A stretch of 58,625 bases of DNA, counting the filler, from Bipalium vagum (Eukaryota), in NCBI GenBank assembly GCA_037834085.1. It is 3 parts of 3 records of this genome, joined end to end, with 100 filler letters (N's around TTAATTAATTAA, not from the genome) between each part and the next. Parts side by side here need not be neighbours in the genome. Positions count along the whole stretch, not along the records: positions 37,051 to 58,625 come from JBBMKC010235154.1; 2 more parts are not named here. One strand, given 5' to 3'. The notes under the pieces are model-generated. The model ran no database searches, had not been told where the DNA came from, and saw only the letters and a list, made by a program, of their open reading frames with translations. Shown piece after piece: positions 54,107 to 58,625 of the stretch. A program made the translations under genes and the position numbers. Positions within the stretch are counted from its first letter, which is position 1. The number at the start of each line of letters is the position of its first letter.

Positions 54107-55612
54107 ATGATGTCCAGGTTGGTCGACTTATTTAACGGTCATAAAATGCCCCGTCTTGGTTTGGGAACGTGGCTGGTATATTAGTATAAAATGTAAGTAT
54201 GGTACTGATTCTGAAATAGTTGAAAACAGAAGAGGTGCACGGAACCATACGAAATGCATTGAGCTTGGGATACCGACATTTCGACTGTGCTTGGATATAC
54301 TCCAACGAAAAAGAAATTGGAGAGGTTTTAAAAGATGAAATGAAGTCGGGAGTATGTAAAAGAGAAGACCTTTTCATCACGACCAAAGTTGATTATTGAT
54401 AATATCGAATTGAGAATGACTTCAATTGATTTAGGTGTGGAACTCCTTTCACAGAAAAGATCTGGTCCCTGTTGGGTTTGGAGAGTCTTTAACCAATCTC
54501 AAGCTCAACTACGTGGATTTGGTTTTGATTCATTTCCCAATAGCACAAAAGGTTAAAACATTAATTTTCCAATCGAAACGCGTTGAACAAATATTGAATT
54601 ATCTTCAGCCAGGAAATCATTCCGCGGAAGAAAAGGGTTTCAAGGACAAAATTGATGATGTTGATCTGATAGAAACGTGGAAGGTCTTCTTCTTCATTTT
54701 AATATTAATATTTTCTTTTGTATTATTTAAATGAGGAAATAATCAATAAAAATAATATTTGTCGAAAAGCACTGTTATAATGATTTTTTAAAATAAATTT
54801 AATAATAATAATAATAATAATTATAATAATAATAAATGTCAATTTTGATTATTAAGTATTATTATTGTCCCACACCAGGCCATGGAATCCTTGGTGGACG
54901 AGAAAAAGGTCCGGTCCATTGGAGTGTCGAATTTCAACATTCGCCAAGTGCAGTATATCTTAGGTAACTGTCGCATTAGACCAGCCGTTAATCAAGTATG
55001 TCGCAAATGACCGTTCTCTGAGATTATTCTTTCAAATAAGATTGAAGTCCATGCTTATCTACCCAATAAAAAGCTGGTGGCTTTCTGTCTGGAAAACAAT
55101 ATCCAGGTGACTGCTTATTCGCCATTAGGAGCAGCAACTGATACACCCCATGCATCGCAAGATAGTCGAAAACCTCTAGAAGATCCCGATGTCTTAAGAA
55201 TATCTAAGAAACTTGGAGCCACCCCAGCCCAAATTTTACTCAGTTACATTATCCATAGAAACCTGATTTGTATATGTAAATCGAAGTCTCCGGCTAGATT
55301 GGCTGAGAATATGAAGGTGAAATATGATTGACTTAAAAGGTGTTGAGATTTAACTTCACAGGCATTGGACCTCCGATTGCCGGAAGAAGACTTCCACGTT
55401 CTTAACAATCTCAATGTTTTCCATAGAATGGTTGACCCCAATGTGTAAGTTAACATTCTATGATGTACTTAGATGATGGACTTTGAGGTTTGTCGTTTTG
55501 ATTTGTTTTGGATGCTATGTAGACAATAAATTATTCTCCACTTTATACATCCTAAATACTTTATTGATTAAAGTTCGAATGTAGACATCAGAACTGGTTC
55601 ATCCATTACTGA
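54107..55612 (+). CDS. aldo-keto reductase family 1-like, complete, 8 exons
   Basis: Exons 54107-54175, 54220-54387, 54435-54551, 54609-54683, 54879-54995, 55041-55316, 55362-55444, 55585-55612 (TGA), all phase compatible. Motifs [73 protein letters not shown]; catalytic D/Y/K/H tetrad intact. Confidence 0.95.
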
Positions 55613-55629
55613 CTGAACTTTCAAATACC

Positions 55630-56845
55630 TGACCTGGAATTTAAGTTGCTCTGAGTTTCATTTGTCCATTATTTGTGTGACAGGTTCTTCCTTCCCATAT
55701 CCGTTAAATACAACGAAATGTTAAGCTTCAATCATTGAAGAAATATGTGTCGAGTTGTAGGGAAAGTTTGTTTGAATTTTTCGTCACTAAAATTCAAATT
55801 TTATTTTAAATCAATTCCTAATGAAAATATAATACGTAAACATCGATCATCCATTGATTTCTGATTTGTCAATTTTGTGAATTAATTTCAAATTTAAATA
55901 TTTGAGCACTAATGATGTTCAAGATTTTTCCTCATCATTATCAAATTTTTCCACTGCAACACAATAACCATTTTCCTGTTTTACAAATGGCAGTGTGATT
56001 CGGTACTTTGTGGTTTGATGTGAAATCGTGTTTCATATGACATGTCCGATTTATTAACAACTCGCCAGTTATCACGGTTAAGAGCATTTTTGTATTTGAC
56101 CTTTTTTTTGTGAGTAACTATTGTTTGTTATATATTTTTGCCAAAAATGCAGCTTGTGGATGACCGCTGACTAAAATCGATGTCGGAATACTACGAGTAA
56201 AAGTGGAACAGGCTTTCATTATAACAGACCATACTAATCATGATTCTCAGCAAACAGAGTTAGACCACAACTGTTTCACCCTTTCGTTAAACTGTAGTTT
56301 TCGATGGTATGGCATCACCAAATGTCAGTCGAAGGTCGTATAAAATAACTAATCAGCCAACCAAATTAGTTTTAATCGTCTTCTGTGTCCTTTTTTAAAA
56401 CTGAAATGATTATTTTTATAAATGACTTTTTCTAATTCCAAAATCGTTTTCATTTGCCAGTCATATTTTCCAATTATGTAAAAAATTTTTACCCAACATT
56501 TTTTCTCATGCTCATTTTCTGAAACCCTTCGACTGACTTTCATAATCAAACGCCAATAGGAATAATTTTTAATTTTATTATTTTATATTTCAGTTTTAAA
56601 TTGGATCCGAAGACTTATCCTTTCGGAGAAGACTGATTCGAAATAAATGGGACAGATGGACTTTATAATTTAATGTTGATTCTGACAAATGAAACAAAAC
56701 TTGTCTTAGACGTTTTGTAATGATTATAATCTAGTCTGGCACTTATTCTTAATTATATCTCGAGAATAAATATGGAACACGAATCTCAAATTGTTATTTA
56801 AAAAATGAACAAAATCGTACATAAATCTTTCATAATCAGTGTTAA
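55630..56845 (-). mobile_element. MULE-like relic, copy 2 (inverted relative to copy 1)
   Basis: Reverse complement shares long blocks with 42610-43900, e.g. TTTCGAATCAGTCTTCTCCGAAAGGA and TTCTTCAATGATTGAAGC..ATTTCGTTGTATTTAACGGA. The middle portions differ. Confidence 0.6.
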
Positions 56846-56849
56846 TTTG

Positions 56850-57560
56850 TTCAGTACCAAGAATTTTACTTCTACTTTAAAAAACTGGCAATTTCAGGGT
56901 TCACTCGCAATCCGGCTTCTTTTATTTTTTTTTAATACCCTATCCAGCCTTATGTAATGTTGTTCGATGTTGTCTGAGAATACCAAGATATCATCCAGAT
57001 ACACAATTGTTCCTTTCAAACCACTAACTACTTTATCCATAATCCTTTGAAACGTCCCTGGAGCAGCTGCTATTCCAAACGACATGCGATTAAAACAATA
57101 TTGACTTGCTTTGTTGAAAAGGTCGTCTTTTCTTTTGACTCTTCATCCAATTCCACTTGGTAATAGGCGTTTCCTAAATCAAATGAACGGAAATATTTTG
57201 ACCCACTTAATTGATCTAGCATCTCATCAACATTTGGCATTGGGAAAGCTGGTCTTTTCGTTATTGCATTGAACTGTCTGAAATCCAACCATAAACTGAT
57301 TTCCTGCTAATCTTTTTTCCACACACATATTAAAGGCGTGTTCCACGGTGATTGACATTTACTAATTATGTCATTCTTATGAAGTTTGTTTATTGCTTTA
57401 TTGATCTTGTCTTCTAAATTCATCGGCTGTCTAAATGGATTAATATTAATAGGATTACCCGTTGTTTTTATGTTATGCCGAGCTAAATGAGTGCATCCGA
57501 TGTCCCACTTATCAGCCATAAAGGAGTCAATTGTTAAATTTTATTATAGATTTGAATTGG
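56850..57560 (-). mobile_element. Ty3/Gypsy reverse transcriptase relic (frameshifted)
   Basis: Three frames: HNIKTTGNPI..SPWNTPLICVWKKD; DFRQFNAITKRPAFPMPNVDEMLDQLSGSKYFRSFDLGNAYYQV; MSFGIAAAPGTFQRIMDKV...VYLDDILVFS. Confidence 0.93.
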
Positions 57561-58625
57561 TTAAGTTTTATTTCATTGTGATTTTTATTTCGATTTTGGA
57601 TTTCTTTTAATGTCTTATGTAAATTCTCAAATTATGAAGCGTATTAAAACAATTTTAAAAAACTCTCAATATTAGTTGCTCAAATAACGGAATATTCATC
57701 TCCATTTTCAACTGTTAGTCAAGATTCTTTCATTAAGGTTTATTTACATAAACCAACAATGGATTTATTGCTTGCATAAAAAAATAGACAAAAGATACAA
57801 TAAAATTTTCCAATAATATGAGAAAGCAAAAAGTTCGAGAGAAATATATGGAAAGAAGGAAAAAATAAACTTAAAAAAAGAAAATTAAAACCAAAAGACG
57901 CAACAGCTAGATCAAGATTTTATTTACAAAGATTGGATCCTTATTTTAAAATCCAAAAATTATAGAAGAAATCTATAATAATAAAATAATAAATCAATCG
58001 GAAGTAGGAAAAGGAATAGCATAGGATTTAACTTGATGTCCTAAACCGGTTACCAATAAATTTGGAAATATAAAGAATGAAAAAGTTGATAAAAAAGAAA
58101 ACATAACTGAAAAAATCTTTAATGGATAATAATAGAGAACCAAGTATTATTTGATTTTATTGATTTTTCATTATTGGAAAACAATCATTAATCAGAAAAT
58201 TAATTAAATTAAAAAAACTATTGATTGATATTGATAGTAAAACATATACAATGATAATCGATTTTCAAAGTCTAAAATTTGTATTTTAATGTTTCTTTTG
58301 AAATTGAACTTTAAAACAGAACCAATCACTCGAGAGATATTAAAATCAATTCCAGCAAAAAATGATGTGGTAAAGAACTTAAATAGTTTGATAAATACAA
58401 TATAATCGAAAAATTAATTGAATCATCTGTGAGGAGAAATTTTTATTAAATAGTTTGACAACAAATATAAAAGGGACAATTTCGAAAGACTTTTGTCTGC
58501 TACTTCGATTATATTCCGAGATTTGGTCTATTTAATAAATATTTAATGTATTTTTCGAATATACGCCTTTTATTAAATGAATACAAAATTTATTCAAATA
58601 TATATTTTCATGAAACATGTTTCGA

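Noticed and set aside
57800-58625. Possible Penelope N-terminal relic (..KGIA*DLT*CPKP)
   Set aside because: Only one very weak motif in A-rich sequence.

Overview
Very AT-rich, intron-containing animal DNA. It resembles an invertebrate such as a planarian, but the species cannot be fixed from this window. The window is not one contiguous locus: two 100-bp N44-TTAATTAATTAA-N44 linkers (21300-21399, 36951-37050) join three separate scaffolds. Scaffold 1 holds six exons of an SLC4A11-like transporter with kb-scale introns full of dead mariner, Tc1, pogo and Merlin-like DNA transposons. Scaffold 2 is mostly TE debris, with a GC-rich structured island at about 26.9-27.5 kb and the first two coding exons of a kinesin-13 (KIF2). 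Scaffold 3 is gene-dense with mostly short introns: a divergent DCAF15-like gene (-), an ankyrin-repeat/RING E3 ligase gene (+), an intact aldo-keto reductase (+), two inverted copies of a MULE-like relic bracketing the latter two genes, mariners and a Ty3/Gypsy RT relic. The best candidate for something new is the ankyrin-RING gene. It is built from one-repeat, phase-0 exons of about 99 nt. Two of these are a recent intron+exon duplication that differs almost only at non-synonymous sites, including the canonical target-binding positions. All homology calls are by eye from remembered family motifs; no database search was run.
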